Both the position numbers and the translations under genes were made by a program. A DNA stretch of 64,000 nt from Mytilus trossulus (Eukaryota). A model generated the notes under the pieces. That model was not told the origin of the DNA, ran no database searches, and saw only the letters and a list, made by a program, of their open reading frames with translations. This document shows positions 53,270 through 64,000 of this stretch, piece by piece. The stretch is taken from contig NC_086373.1 of NCBI RefSeq assembly GCF_036588685.1, forward strand, positions 91,574,001-91,638,000, given 5' to 3'. Every line of letters starts with the position of its first letter. The stretch's first letter is position 1.

Positions 53270-54920
53270 AGAATTGCCAAATCATAGTAGGCTTCATGAT
53301 TCTATAGCAATCATGCACGTGTTATGTATAATGAGTGTGAACTATTTTTGGAGTGTTAATTATTCTTTTGATGGTTCTTTTGATTCTGTTGACAGTTTTG
53401 ATTTCTACTCTTTACACTACACTTCCACACTATCTTATTAAACAAAAGTTTTCCTATTTAATTAAATAGTCGTTTGGTAAAGCTGAATGCAAATATAGTT
53501 GCTGCAACTCATTTAAAGCCTTCTTTACTAATGAGAAAGGTAAAAATACTAGATATACTTACTGGTGGTGTGATGAGATGAGTGAAGCTGTTAATCTTAT
53601 CCTTGATAATATTTATGTACGTTTCGGCAACAATGTTTCTCGACAGTTTGTAGGTACCCCCATGGGCACTAACTGTGCCCCTTTAATAACAGACTTGTTT
53701 TTGTACTGTTACGAATCACAGTTTATGACTAAACTCAGGAAATACCCGTCGAAATTGCATTTAATTGATAAATTCAACAACACTTATCGTTATCTTGATG
53801 ATGTTTTTTTTCGTTAGACAATCAAGAATTTTCTCAATATACTACTGAAATTTACCCAAAGGAACTTACTTTAAATAAATCAAATTTATACATTAATAAT
53901 TGTCTTTTCCTGGATTTAGATATTTCGGTTTTAAACGGGAAACTTCACACTTATTTTTGTTCCTTATTGTTAATTATTCATTTTTGGATGGTGATGTTCC
54001 TTTGCATGGGACCATCTTACGGTGTTTATATTTCACAGCTCGTTCAATTCGCTATGCCAGTGTCTGTTGTGACGTTTTTTGATTTTAACGTACGCAATCC
54101 ATGTATTACGGGTAAATGATTAAACCAGGGATATCGTTACCATAAATTACTTAAAACCTTTACTAAATTTTTCCATAGATATAAAGATTTGGTTTTGTTT
54201 GGTTGTACCTGTAGAAAACTTATTTCAAACGGGATAGCACATCCTCATTTTTACGAAAATGTTGTTAACCATGCCCGGAAATTAAGTAATGATTCTTGTG
54301 AATTTATCGCTCCTTTAATAAACTTATTCTAAAAGGTCACCAATTAACACTGTAATAAGATCATTGAATGATGTTTTTATTGGTATAAATATTGATTTTG
54401 TTATCAGTAAATTATAAGCAAACTAAATATTACTAGTGTGTTTTATACACATTCATGGACCTACAATCTGTCGATACCTGTAACTTGGCATTGCACAAGG
54501 TCATGTTTTTATCTTACTTCATGTTTATGACGTCTTTACACTAAATCCATCGGATGTTGGATGTGTACGGATTGATAGTTTATTCTTCGATGCATGACTT
54601 TTTTTATTAGTTGTACTTTGAACTGTCAGATAACTGCAAGTACTCTCAGATCTGTTCCTATAGTGTCTTTTAGTTAACGGGATGTACAAGTACCCGGCCA
54701 CGTCCACTTGTATTTTTGTCTATCTGATGAGTTCAGCCTTTTTCAATTGATTTTTATAGTTCGTTCTTATGTTGTACTGTTATGCCACTGTCTAAGGTAA
54801 TGGGGAGGGTTGGGAACCCGCTAACATGTTCAACTCCGCCACATTATTTATGTATGTGCCTGTCCCAAGTAAGGAACATGTAATTCAGTGGTTGTCGTTT
54901 GTTTATTTGTTACATATAAA
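53270..54920 (+). pseudogene. Decayed Penelope-like element: RT relic plus downstream non-coding region
   Basis: Frameshifted motifs VNYFWSV, SFDF-TLYTTLPH, RQFVGTPMGTNCAPLITDLFLYCYE, YRYLDD, FLDLDI, DGDVP, YGVYISQL, typical of PLE reverse transcriptases; boundaries approximate. Confidence 0.82.
54802..54874 (+). ncRNA. Twister-ribozyme-like motif (P5-type permutation) downstream of the PLE RT
   Basis: GGG GAGGG ... CAA CTCC GC C[ACAT..ATGT]G CCTG TCCCAAGT AAGG, compared with canonical twister UAA-P2-GC-C..G-CCGG-UCCCAAGC-CCGG and GAGGG. Confidence 0.55.
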
Positions 54921-55828
54921 TTTTCATTTTAAACTTTCACATTCGGACGATATGATTTACATGTTTCGATGATTTAAGAATCGGGCAATGTCTTGAGATC
55001 ACAGCCTTATTTCTTATTTTGAATTACTACATTTTAACATGAGAAAGGCGACAGTTGCCAGAAGTGGTGTAAGCATTGCTTAAACCCTTCCGGATTATTT
55101 GATAAAACCTTACTTTCTTGTTCGTTTCAGTTTGATCAATGATTCAGTTTTCGTGTAGTGCTTTGTAGACGTTGTCCTTTGTGTTTTTTTCCGTTTGACG
55201 ATGGTTTTGCATATGTATTTGCTCGGCTAAGATATCAATTTAATTCTCAGAAGATGTTTAACACTCAATTTACAGTATTTTCATGTGTATAAAAACGGGA
55301 AATGTTTGAAATCTGATCCCCTATTGTTTAGTTTAGTACCTTGAAATAGCAATCTTTACCTATAATTATACCCTAATTAAGTTAATGGTTTTATTTCTGG
55401 CTGATTAGATCCTCGTTATGGAAATATATTTATTAATATGAAAGCTTACATGTCTCTCTTGTATGACCGGCGATTCACCTGCTTGTTCTTTTGAGTAATT
55501 TAATATCCTAATAAAGTTAATAATAATCGTGTTTTACTTTGAAGGAAACGGTGAAAATTGAAGAACTAATTAATGATCTTGTTATTAAAACACCATACGG
55601 CGAATTGGGACCGAACGCGAACTAATAAATATATACACAAAAGGATGCAGTAACCTTTCTTCATCAGTAATAGTAAGATCCAAACGAAAGCTTCATTAAA
55701 CCACAACAATGATGTATATACTATAGGTCAAACTATCAACTGGTTACTAATCCTTATACAAAAATTGGAAGGTTAACTCTTGGCTGCGAAGCGTATGGAC
55801 CAAGTTGCTTGGAATAAACTACCTATTA

Positions 55829-55997
55829 GAGTGTGTTTTTTTATATACATCACTGACCCAAGTGTCCGAGATAAACAACACCTACCCGAGTGTCCTTGAT
55901 ATTCACCACCAACAAGAGTGTCTTGGGTATACACCACCTACCAGAGTAAACGGGATATAAAGGATATACACCACCGAAAAGAGTGTCCTGGATATAC
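55829..55997. repeat. Degenerate 28-bp tandem repeat interrupted by BEL element 2
   Basis: GAGTGTCC..GATATACACCACC units at 55860, 55888, 55916, 55944 and 55981; the last unit resumes after 61054 (TATACATCATCGACCC). Confidence 0.8.
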
Positions 55998-56211
55998 TGT
56001 GACGGATGGGTTAACTAAAGTCTAGACAGGCAGTAAAACAACGTCTGGTTCGTTTGATCGTATAATCTCAACTCAATATAGCAACATGATACATAACAAT
56101 AGTACAACGTTAACAGAAGATAATGATGACGTTAACAATGTGAATGGAAACGGCGTTAAAAGTAGTGTTAACGTTTGACGCGTAAGTTAAACTGTCTCTA
56201 AATCACCGACA
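55998..56211 (-). repeat. 3' LTR of BEL element 2
   Basis: Identical to 60841-61054. Confidence 0.96.
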
Positions 56212-56393
56212 TACTCGGGGCCACCAGATGCAATGTCCATTAGCTGTGATATGTAGTGGCATGCGGAAAGAACAAAAATAGATTGATCTCACAAATAATG
56301 AAAAAAGGATTAAATTATTAAATTACGTAAAAAACTCTTTGAATTTACAGTCTTTTCACAAATAAGAAAAAATAACAAGTCTGTTCACACACG

Positions 56394-59300
56394 TTAGTTT
56401 CTTCGTTCACTTCGTCTCAAATAACAGTCCATGCTGTTGACTTCTAATGGGTAGAGTTTCGTCACGGGTCGATTTGTAATTCCTGATTTGGTACGCACCA
56501 TAGCGACGCGTACTAAGCCGTCCTTGCCTTTAATAGTGTCCTGCACAACTCCAAGTTTCCAATGCACGCGCTTTGATTCGTCGTGTATCTGAACGACATC
56601 GCCTTCTTTGATCTTCCGAACGTCGACTCCAGCTCTTTGGTGATATTCTCGCAATGAAGTAAGGTATTCTCCTTTCCATCTTGTCCAGAAGTTCTCAATC
56701 AATTGTCTCTGTCGTATCGCTTGATTGTTCAAGTTTGTGTGTGTTAATTCACAAACATTTAGATTGTCAATAGCACTATAAGACGATACATAGGGTAAAG
56801 TTGTTATTCTTCGTCCATGTATAAGATGGGATGGTGTAAGCGGCTCCGGATCTCTGATATCTGTTGAAATATACGTCACTGGTCGATCGTTGAGTGTGGC
56901 TTCGATCTCTGTTAATACGGTCCTTAGAGTCTCGTCGTTAACATGTGCACGTCCTAATACTTTCTTAAGTGATGTTTTTGTTAAGCCAATCATTCTTTCC
57001 CACATGCCCCCGAACCATGGAGCTCTATTTGGGATGAATTTCCATTCAATGCCATAATTCTGAATATTTTCTTTAACTTTTTTAGAATTGCAAAGTCGTG
57101 AAATTTCGATTGAAGCAGCTTTAAATGTTAACGCATTATCTGACATCATAATTTTCGGCACTGATCGTCGACTTACAAATCTCCGGAAACACAATAAAAA
57201 AGATTCTTCGCTGAGATCGTAAACTAATTCCAAATGTACTGCTCGAGTGACAGCACATGTAAATAGGCAAATGTAAACCTTCGATTCTTCGTTGTGTCTG
57301 TTTCTTGTCGTTAACGCACCTGTGAAGTCTACACCGGTGATGCTAAAGGGTGTGGCATCTTGAACTCTCTCTTTTGGTAATGGTGGAATTTCTGGTGCGG
57401 GATAAGATTTTCCGATTACTTTTCGGCACGTTACACATTTCGACAATATAGATTTCACGCACTGTCTTAATTTCGGAATCCAAAATGTTTGTTGTATGTA
57501 TGCTAGAGTGATATTTATTCCTGAATGTTGTGTGTTCTCATGTGCTTCTAACACTATCAAATGTGTGAGACGGTCCTTTGCCGGTAACAGATATGGAAAC
57601 TTGACTGTTTCTCCTACTGTCGCATTGTCTATTCGGCGGCCACCACATCGTAAACATTGCTTTTCGTCTAGAAAGAGCTTTAATTGTCGCACAAGTGTTT
57701 TACGTTTTGTAGAATTATCTATACAATTTATTTCGTCACTAAATATTTTACCTTGTGTATATCTTATCCATAGGAATTTTGCATTTTTAATTTCATCACT
57801 ACGTAACAAATCTTTCTTTCGTTCAGTTTCTGTTGCTTTGCAGTTTGTTGCGAATCTCATTACATATGCGGTAATGTGGGTTAGTTTTCTATAAGAATTG
57901 TACCGTTCGATATCTATGATTTCTCCTATACCAATACGTACATTTTGATTATTCTCCATAGTTTCAATTTTGTCATCGTTCTCCGACATAGTTGTACATA
58001 CACTAGACGTTACGTTGTTTCCGTTCCATGTCGGCCAATCTTCTTTGCTGTTTAACCATTTAGGTCCACTAAACCACATTTCATTCTGTTGCAGTTCTTC
58101 AGATGTTATACCACGTGTAAGCAGATCTGCGGGGTTGTCTTTTGTAGGGCAGTATCTCCATACATTATCTCCACACAAACTTTTAATTTCTTCAATTCTA
58201 TTTCTGATAAATTGTCTCTGTGGTTTTACGGATGTAAGCCAACTTAGTACGATTTGACTATCACTCCAAAATTGTATTTCACTGAAAGTTTCTGGAAAGT
58301 TTTTGCAGACATGATCAGCAAGTCTTGCTCCAATTACAGCCCCCATAAGCTCTAGTTTTGGTAAAGTTATAGTCTTGATAGGCGCAACTCGATTCTTTGC
58401 CATTACTATTGTTGGTTTTCTGTCATACAAGATGTACGCGCATGCGCCGTACGCATGAGTTGAAGCATCGGTAAATACATGAAGAGTTGGTAAATTTCTG
58501 TTATTCTCTTTCTGTGTTTGAGTACTTCGATGAATCTCTGTTTCTAAGCTCGTTGCTAGATCTCGTGAAATTAATATCCATTTTGATTGGATATCTTCCG
58601 GTAATATTTCGTCCCACTCCAAGTTTAGCTTCCAAAGTGATTGCATAAAGATTTTCGCTTTTACAGTAACTGGGCTTAATAATCCTAACGGATCGAAAAT
58701 CTTGGATGATTGCCGTAAAATATATCTTTTAGTCAGTTTTCCTTTTTTGTCCATCTCGAACGTGTTACTTTGATAAAACAGCTTGTCCGATTTAGCGTTC
58801 CATTGCATACCAAGAATTTTAGTAAGCTCATCTTTGTCTAAGGTTTTTTCTTTGCTAGCGATTTCTTGTAATTTTGGACTGTTTGAATTCCATGAGCGTA
58901 GGTTGAATCCGCCTTTCGTAAGTAATTCTCTCGATCTCCTGTAATAATCTATTACGTCATTTTCGTTATCAAAGCTAGTTAAAATGTTGTCCACATATAA
59001 CCCATTTTCAAGTGTATCTGAAAGTTTTCCCGGATTTTCTTTAAAGTGCTTGAGAAGTGTGGCGCTCAAAATGAATGGCGAACATGTAGCTCCGAAGAGT
59101 ACGGACTTGAATCGATATGTTATTAGCGGACTTGATGTGTTTGTAGGATCGCTAAGCCATAAGAACCTCGTTGCATCTCGGTCTTTCTCGTCGAGCTGTA
59201 TTTGTAGAAATGCCTTTTCTAAATCTGATGTTGTAGCATATTTCTTAGCGCGAAATCTCATAAGTATTCCCGTAATGTCATTCATAACAGGTGGGTGTGA

Positions 59301-60485
59301 TTCTAAGCATTCATTTAGACTTGGATTATCTCTTCCATCTTTGCAGCTACAATCATAAACAATGCGTATTGGCGTAGTAGATGATTCCTTTGAAACAGGA
59401 TGATGCGGGATATAGTGCACGGGTCGATCGGTAGGAAGTTTTGTTTCCTCAACCTTTTCAATAAAATGTCTTCTCTCCTGCTCCATTATGATATCTCCAT
59501 ATATTTTTAATAAATCAGGTTTGTTTGCTAGACGTCTAATAACGCTTCCTGTCCTCTGTTTAACCAATTCCAAGTTATGCGGCAGCGGAAGGAAATCTGG
59601 TTTCCATGGTAACTTAGCTGTGTACTTTCCATTTTCTAGTATTATAGACTTTTCTCCGTATTCTCGTACAACTTCAGACTGACTTTTAATGGTATCGCTT
59701 CCTGAAACCCCCAACGCTTCTAAGTTCCAAAACTTTTCCAAGTCGCAAACAACGGCTCTGTGATCAGTCAAAATATTCAGCATTGCTGACTGTTTTGAAG
59801 TACTTCCGTTCTTAGTAAGTACGGGTCCCGACAAGAGGTAACCAATTTTCGACTTAACTGCGGTCGGTCCATTTCCTCTTATTATTTCATCTTCAACTAT
59901 TGACCAGTAATAGTCTGCGCCAATCAATAAAGATATGTTAAACTTGTCTTCTGCGCATATCGGATGTGCGAGTCGTAAACCACGTAAGTATGGCAGTGCT
60001 TTGATTTCCTTTTGTGATTTTGTCTGAATAGGAGCGGCAATTTTCGGTACAATTATTACTTCAATTTCTATTCTTTGATTGTCAACTGTTTCAATAGCTA
60101 TGTTTGCTTTATCAAGATGACGAACTTGTCCTTCGTTTCCTCCAAATCCAGATATTTTCAGTGCAATCTTTTCGGTGGACTCAATTTCTAATTTTCTAGC
60201 TAAATCTTCAGTTATGAATGAATTCTGTGCTCCCTCGTCAAGTAAAATATTTGTCATGATAGATCGATTTTCGGACCAAACTGGAGTTACAGCAGTTTTC
60301 AGTAAAACATCTGTATGTGCAGTAACAGTAGAATGCAATGATGTGGTTAGCTCTAGTGGCGTTTCCTCTACGGCGGTATGTGCTACGGTCTTTTGTGTAC
60401 TATACTGGTTTTCGGTCAAGCTCTTTGGTTCTGTGTTATGTACTTGTACATGTATACTCGTGGATAAAAACAAAATCTGCTGCAT
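56394..60485 (-). CDS. BEL/Pao Pol region (protease, RT, RNase H, integrase), out of frame with the gag start
   Basis: LLDEGAQ protease, YVDN RT motif, VFTDASTHAYG RNase H, LPKLEL, HHCC, VDFTG/SDNA/WERMIG integrase; open for 1363 codons. Confidence 0.9.
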   Translation of the reverse strand: MQQILFLSTSIHVQVHNTEPKSLTENQYSTQKTVAHTAVEETPLELTTSLHSTVTAHTDVLLKTAVTPVWSENRSIMTNILLDEGAQNSFITEDLARKLEIESTEKIALKISGFGGNEGQVRHLDKANIAIETVDNQRIEIEVIIVPKIAAPIQTKSQKEIKALPYLRGLRLAHPICAEDKFNISLLIGADYYWSIVEDEIIRGNGPTAVKSKIGYLLSGPVLTKNGSTSKQSAMLNILTDHRAVVCDLEKFWNLEALGVSGSDTIKSQSEVVREYGEKSIILENGKYTAKLPWKPDFLPLPHNLELVKQRTGSVIRRLANKPDLLKIYGDIIMEQERRHFIEKVEETKLPTDRPVHYIPHHPVSKESSTTPIRIVYDCSCKDGRDNPSLNECLESHPPVMNDITGILMRFRAKKYATTSDLEKAFLQIQLDEKDRDATRFLWLSDPTNTSSPLITYRFKSVLFGATCSPFILSATLLKHFKENPGKLSDTLENGLYVDNILTSFDNENDVIDYYRRSRELLTKGGFNLRSWNSNSPKLQEIASKEKTLDKDELTKILGMQWNAKSDKLFYQSNTFEMDKKGKLTKRYILRQSSKIFDPLGLLSPVTVKAKIFMQSLWKLNLEWDEILPEDIQSKWILISRDLATSLETEIHRSTQTQKENNRNLPTLHVFTDASTHAYGACAYILYDRKPTIVMAKNRVAPIKTITLPKLELMGAVIGARLADHVCKNFPETFSEIQFWSDSQIVLSWLTSVKPQRQFIRNRIEEIKSLCGDNVWRYCPTKDNPADLLTRGITSEELQQNEMWFSGPKWLNSKEDWPTWNGNNVTSSVCTTMSENDDKIETMENNQNVRIGIGEIIDIERYNSYRKLTHITAYVMRFATNCKATETERKKDLLRSDEIKNAKFLWIRYTQGKIFSDEINCIDNSTKRKTLVRQLKLFLDEKQCLRCGGRRIDNATVGETVKFPYLLPAKDRLTHLIVLEAHENTQHSGINITLAYIQQTFWIPKLRQCVKSILSKCVTCRKVIGKSYPAPEIPPLPKERVQDATPFSITGVDFTGALTTRNRHNEESKVYICLFTCAVTRAVHLELVYDLSEESFLLCFRRFVSRRSVPKIMMSDNALTFKAASIEISRLCNSKKVKENIQNYGIEWKFIPNRAPWFGGMWERMIGLTKTSLKKVLGRAHVNDETLRTVLTEIEATLNDRPVTYISTDIRDPEPLTPSHLIHGRRITTLPYVSSYSAIDNLNVCELTHTNLNNQAIRQRQLIENFWTRWKGEYLTSLREYHQRAGVDVRKIKEGDVVQIHDESKRVHWKLGVVQDTIKGKDGLVRVAMVRTKSGITNRPVTKLYPLEVNSMDCYLRRSERRN

Positions 60486-60816
60486 TTGGATTTAAGTTCT
60501 GATTAGAGCTAGTTTCATTTGATTTGTTTTTCTGTTTTGAACTTGATGAATTGCGTACTTTTGTCAAAATTCGTTCTATATCTAAAACATACCGATCTGA
60601 GTCTTCTATCTCTGCTTCCATGTTTTCCTCTGAAATTTCCTCTAATATTTCATTATCAAGTTCCGAAAGAATATCCCTCTTTTTCTTCAAGGTTTCACAA
60701 AGGCTTTCTATTTCGTCGCGTTGTGTTGTTTCTTTCTCTAATTCCTCTTCAATCTTTGAAATTAATCTCCTCGCGGCTCCTCGATGGCCCACTCGAATGG
60801 CTTTCTTTTTCGTCAT
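60436..60816 (-). pseudogene. N-terminal gag fragment of BEL element 2
   Basis: ATG 25 nt after the LTR; MTKKKAIRVGHRGAARRL... coiled-coil-like start; terminates soon after the deletion junction. Confidence 0.8.
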
Positions 60817-60819
60817 TAT

Positions 60820-60839
60820 ATCCTCTGGTCACAGCACCA
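60820..60839 (-). promoter_or_regulatory. Primer-binding site, tRNA-His-like
   Basis: TGGTGCTGTGACCAGAGGAT one nt after the 5' LTR; the tRNA-His 3'-end complement is TGGTGCCGTGAC (one G-U wobble). Confidence 0.8.
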
Positions 60840-60840
60840 A

Positions 60841-61054
60841 TGTGACGGATGGGTTAACTAAAGTCTAGACAGGCAGTAAAACAACGTCTGGTTCGTTTGA
60901 TCGTATAATCTCAACTCAATATAGCAACATGATACATAACAATAGTACAACGTTAACAGAAGATAATGATGACGTTAACAATGTGAATGGAAACGGCGTT
61001 AAAAGTAGTGTTAACGTTTGACGCGTAAGTTAAACTGTCTCTAAATCACCGACA
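60841..61054 (-). repeat. 5' LTR of BEL element 2
   Basis: Identical to 55998-56211; adjacent to the PBS. Confidence 0.96.
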
Positions 61055-61316
61055 TATACATCATCGACCCCATTGTTTATGATGCTCAACACTGATCCTA
61101 CATTGTGTAACTTACGACTGGAGGTTGATTACACTAAATATATATGCAAACAATTTAAAAACAATCTTGAGCGAACTTGAATATAAGCTTTATAAATATA
61201 AACGAGTCTAAATTGAAAACTAAAGCTTTATAAATATATATATAGTTAAAGAAATCTATAAGTATAATATTATTTGGAATGAATTATCAGTACCATGTTC
61301 TGTTTTTGATGTTAAA

Positions 61317-61762
61317 GTGGATGTCCGGTGGTGACAATTGAACAGTTAATGTGGATGTCCGGTGGTGACAATTGAACAGTTAATGTGGATGTCCGGTGGT
61401 GACAATTGAACAGTTAATGTGGATGTCCGGTGGTGACAATTGAACAGTTAATGTGGATGTCCGGTGGTGACAATTGAACAGTTAATGTGGATGTCCGGTG
61501 GTGACAATTGAACAGTTAATGTGGATGTCCGGTGGTGACAATTGAACAGTTAATGTGGATGTCCGGTGGTGACAATTGAACAGTTAATGCGGATGTCCGG
61601 TGGTGACAATTGAACAGTTAATGCGAATGTCCGGTGGTGACAATTGAACAGTTAATGTGGATGTCCGGTGGTGACAATTGAACAGTTTATGTGGATGTCC
61701 GGTGGTGACAATTGAACAGTTAATGTGGATGTCCGGTGGTGACAAGTGACCAGTTAAAGTGG
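61317..61762. repeat. 34-bp minisatellite, 13 copies
   Basis: GTGGATGTCCGGTGGTGACAATTGAACAGTTAAT head-to-tail, few substitutions, no spacers. Confidence 0.97.
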
Positions 61763-62591
61763 TGCCAATTCAGTTATCAGCTTGATTGTCTTTGACCGGT
61801 AGTCCACCTTTCACTTCTTCAGATCTATACCTAATATGAACAATAAAGTGTTAATAATAAATATCAATCTATGCGCTTGAAACATCATCTGATTTTATGA
61901 AAGTCATATATTGAATATTGTACAGTTTGATGATCAATATAATTGGATGATTATCATGCACATGTAGCACCATCTATTGGGCGTAGTCCTTACCACGTGA
62001 TAGTTATCATCAATCTGCAAGTACATCCAGTTTAACTTCCAATCACGTGAAAGCCGCTGCTGAATTGAAATCGAATCTGTAGGAAACGTGCTTCTTTTCT
62101 GATCAGCTTTAAATTTGAGTAGCTGGCGCTATTGTATTCTACTACGAAAAAATACCATACTAACATGTTAGACCATGTCTGGTCTAAACAGAATAATTAT
62201 GTTCAGCCTGTTGGTATATTAGGGACATTCCGCGTTTTGAATTTTCCTCTGAGTTCGGTACTTGTGTTATTTTACTTTTTAGATGATTCATTTCAATATT
62301 TGAAAAAAAAATCCGTAGCCAAGAGTAATTATTTTTAAGACCGCATGACAGAAAATAAAATATTTTAACCATTCAAAGAAGTGTGCTTAATATTGTTGGT
62401 GCTTATCGAGTTTAGCAGTTTCAAAATGTTCAACTTATGTTATATATTTTCTATGCTGCTTGCTTGCGTTAATATCACTGATAAAATACCGATCGGACTT
62501 GTATGAAAAGTAGCTATCACTTGCCTAACAGAAATAATTGAACGTAAATGGTGACTAAGGTCCAAAATTCCCTTCCTCAGAGAATCGATAA

Positions 62592-62690
62592 AAAATCTTG
62601 ATCTCCGAACGTAATATTATACAAAAACCTTGATCTCCGAACGTAATATTATACCAAAATCTTGATCTTCGGACGTTATATTATATACAA
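62592..62690. repeat. 32-bp tandem repeat, 3 copies
   Basis: CTTGATCTCCGAACGTAATATTATAC at 62597, 62629 and 62661 (third copy diverged). Confidence 0.9.
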
Positions 62691-63821
62691 AAATCTGTCC
62701 TCGAAAATATATAATTCAAACGTCGATTCAAAAAAATCGATTTTGATTCGTTTGTTATTAAATACTTTCTTTAAAGAAGTCAAGTCTTTGATCCCTGCTG
62801 CCGGTGCTTCTTGGAGCAAAAATAAGAATTCAAGAACGCGTGGTATTTACGATATAACGAATTCATAGTATAAAAATGGCATATCAACGGTTATTACATG
62901 TTTACGTAACTTAACACCACATTATATATAACATGTTTATTTTTGTAACTATCAATGGTAAGTATATGTAACTATGTGTACAATAACAATTTTTTTACAA
63001 TTAGCGCTCCGCTAGATTGAAATAATGAATTAATAGTATAAAACCTAATATTTTCGTAATGACAATGCAAAATTAATGTTTTTTTTCAATTATATGTATA
63101 TGTAACTTAACACCAAACAATACATAACATGTTTATTTTCGTAATATACAACGGTACGTAACGGTATTTTAATTACGATTTTTTTCAATTACCCCTCCAC
63201 TAAATTGAAAAATACAAAATTCTAATCTAGTACCGTCCGATCTTATCTGAATTTTCTGAATGGTGCTTATAATATCAACCGTTTTTAAATTAAAGTACTT
63301 TTATTTTGGGTGTAAAATTTTTAGGTAATATAAGTCGACAAAAAAAAACCTTTTTCTCTAATCATTTTACCAACTACAATAAAAGCGGAATTAGAAAGAA
63401 CTTCAAACAAATTATGAAATTAATAAGAAATTATCATGTACAAATTTAAAACAAAAGAGACACACTTTGTTATTATAGTATAAGTATACTTTATAAATAT
63501 GTCATTATTATTGATACCTGAACACAAGTACAACCAACATAAAACTATATGTGTGTGTGTGTGTCCAATTCTGACAGGATAAAAAAACAAGCTGCTTCAC
63601 AATTTTTTAAAGGCGAAAGGCTACACCAATTTACAGTTTTTCTTTGAAACTTTATTTTTTTTAGTCCGGCGCAGCAGTGAACCCAAACGTTGAAATGCAG
63701 TGGCTGAAAGTAAGACACGTACTCGGGTAATAAATAAAAGATATATTCTTTTGATGCTTAAGAAGATCTTTTCTGGATTAGCCTAACACTTTTCAGTGGT
63801 GCATCCGTAAAATACAATTGA

Positions 63822-63921
63822 ACAGAAAATGCAATGGAAACAATAACAATTACATCAGGAACACACAGAAAATGTGATTGGAAACAATAACAATTACATC
63901 AGGAACACACAGAAAATGTGA
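63822..63921. repeat. 44-bp tandem duplication
   Basis: GGAAACAATAACAATTACATCAGGAACACACAGAAAATGTGA at 63836 and 63880. Confidence 0.9.
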
Positions 63922-64000
63922 CCATGTTCACTCCAAGGCATTGTTTTACACAAATTTATGATTAAGAAAATGACAGATATGTTAGAAATTATTTCATTTC

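Larger units (their letters stand above)
55998..61054 (-). mobile_element. BEL/Pao LTR retrotransposon with internal gag deletion
   Basis: Identical 214-bp TG...CA LTRs; TSD TATAC (55993-55997, 61055-61059); PBS; pol with PR-RT-RH-IN. Confidence 0.96.

Noticed and set aside
54718-54760. CTGATGAG near the PLE relic as a hammerhead
   Set aside because: No downstream GAAA or stem III/cleavage triplet could be built.
60436-60485. Programmed gag-pol frameshift in BEL element 2
   Set aside because: It would need a +1 shift, there is no canonical slippery heptamer, BEL elements normally have one ORF, and capsid/knuckle domains are missing; a deletion explains it.
61317-61762. CRISPR-like regular repeats
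   Set aside because: Units are contiguous with no unique spacers, there are no cas genes, and the context is eukaryotic; it is a minisatellite.

Overview
AT-rich eukaryotic (animal) intergenic/intronic DNA. The repeat content, including a ~357-bp hammerhead retrozyme, suggests a bivalve, probably a mytilid mussel; this is an inference. No host gene is confidently identifiable. The window is dominated by mobile DNA: (1) an intact, very young BEL/Pao LTR retrotransposon (35342-42738, +); (2) a 5'-truncated RTE-X-like LINE inserted a few bp beside it (42756-45257); (3) a second BEL/Pao element with identical LTRs but an internal gag deletion (55998-61054, -); (4) a decayed Penelope-like RT; (5) a 4-unit hammerhead retrozyme array; (6) several MITEs, SINE-like repeats and minisatellites. 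The most striking observation concerns the first BEL element. It has no tRNA primer-binding site. Instead, the 13 nt at the PBS position are the exact reverse complement of the exon-exon junction formed by splicing a canonical-looking GT-AG intron inside its own LTR, which suggests splicing-dependent self-priming of reverse transcription. Other notable items: two likely P-element-type excision footprints, twister-ribozyme-like folds in abundant dispersed repeats, and PAM2-like motifs in both BEL Gag proteins. All alignments were done by eye and no database searches were run.
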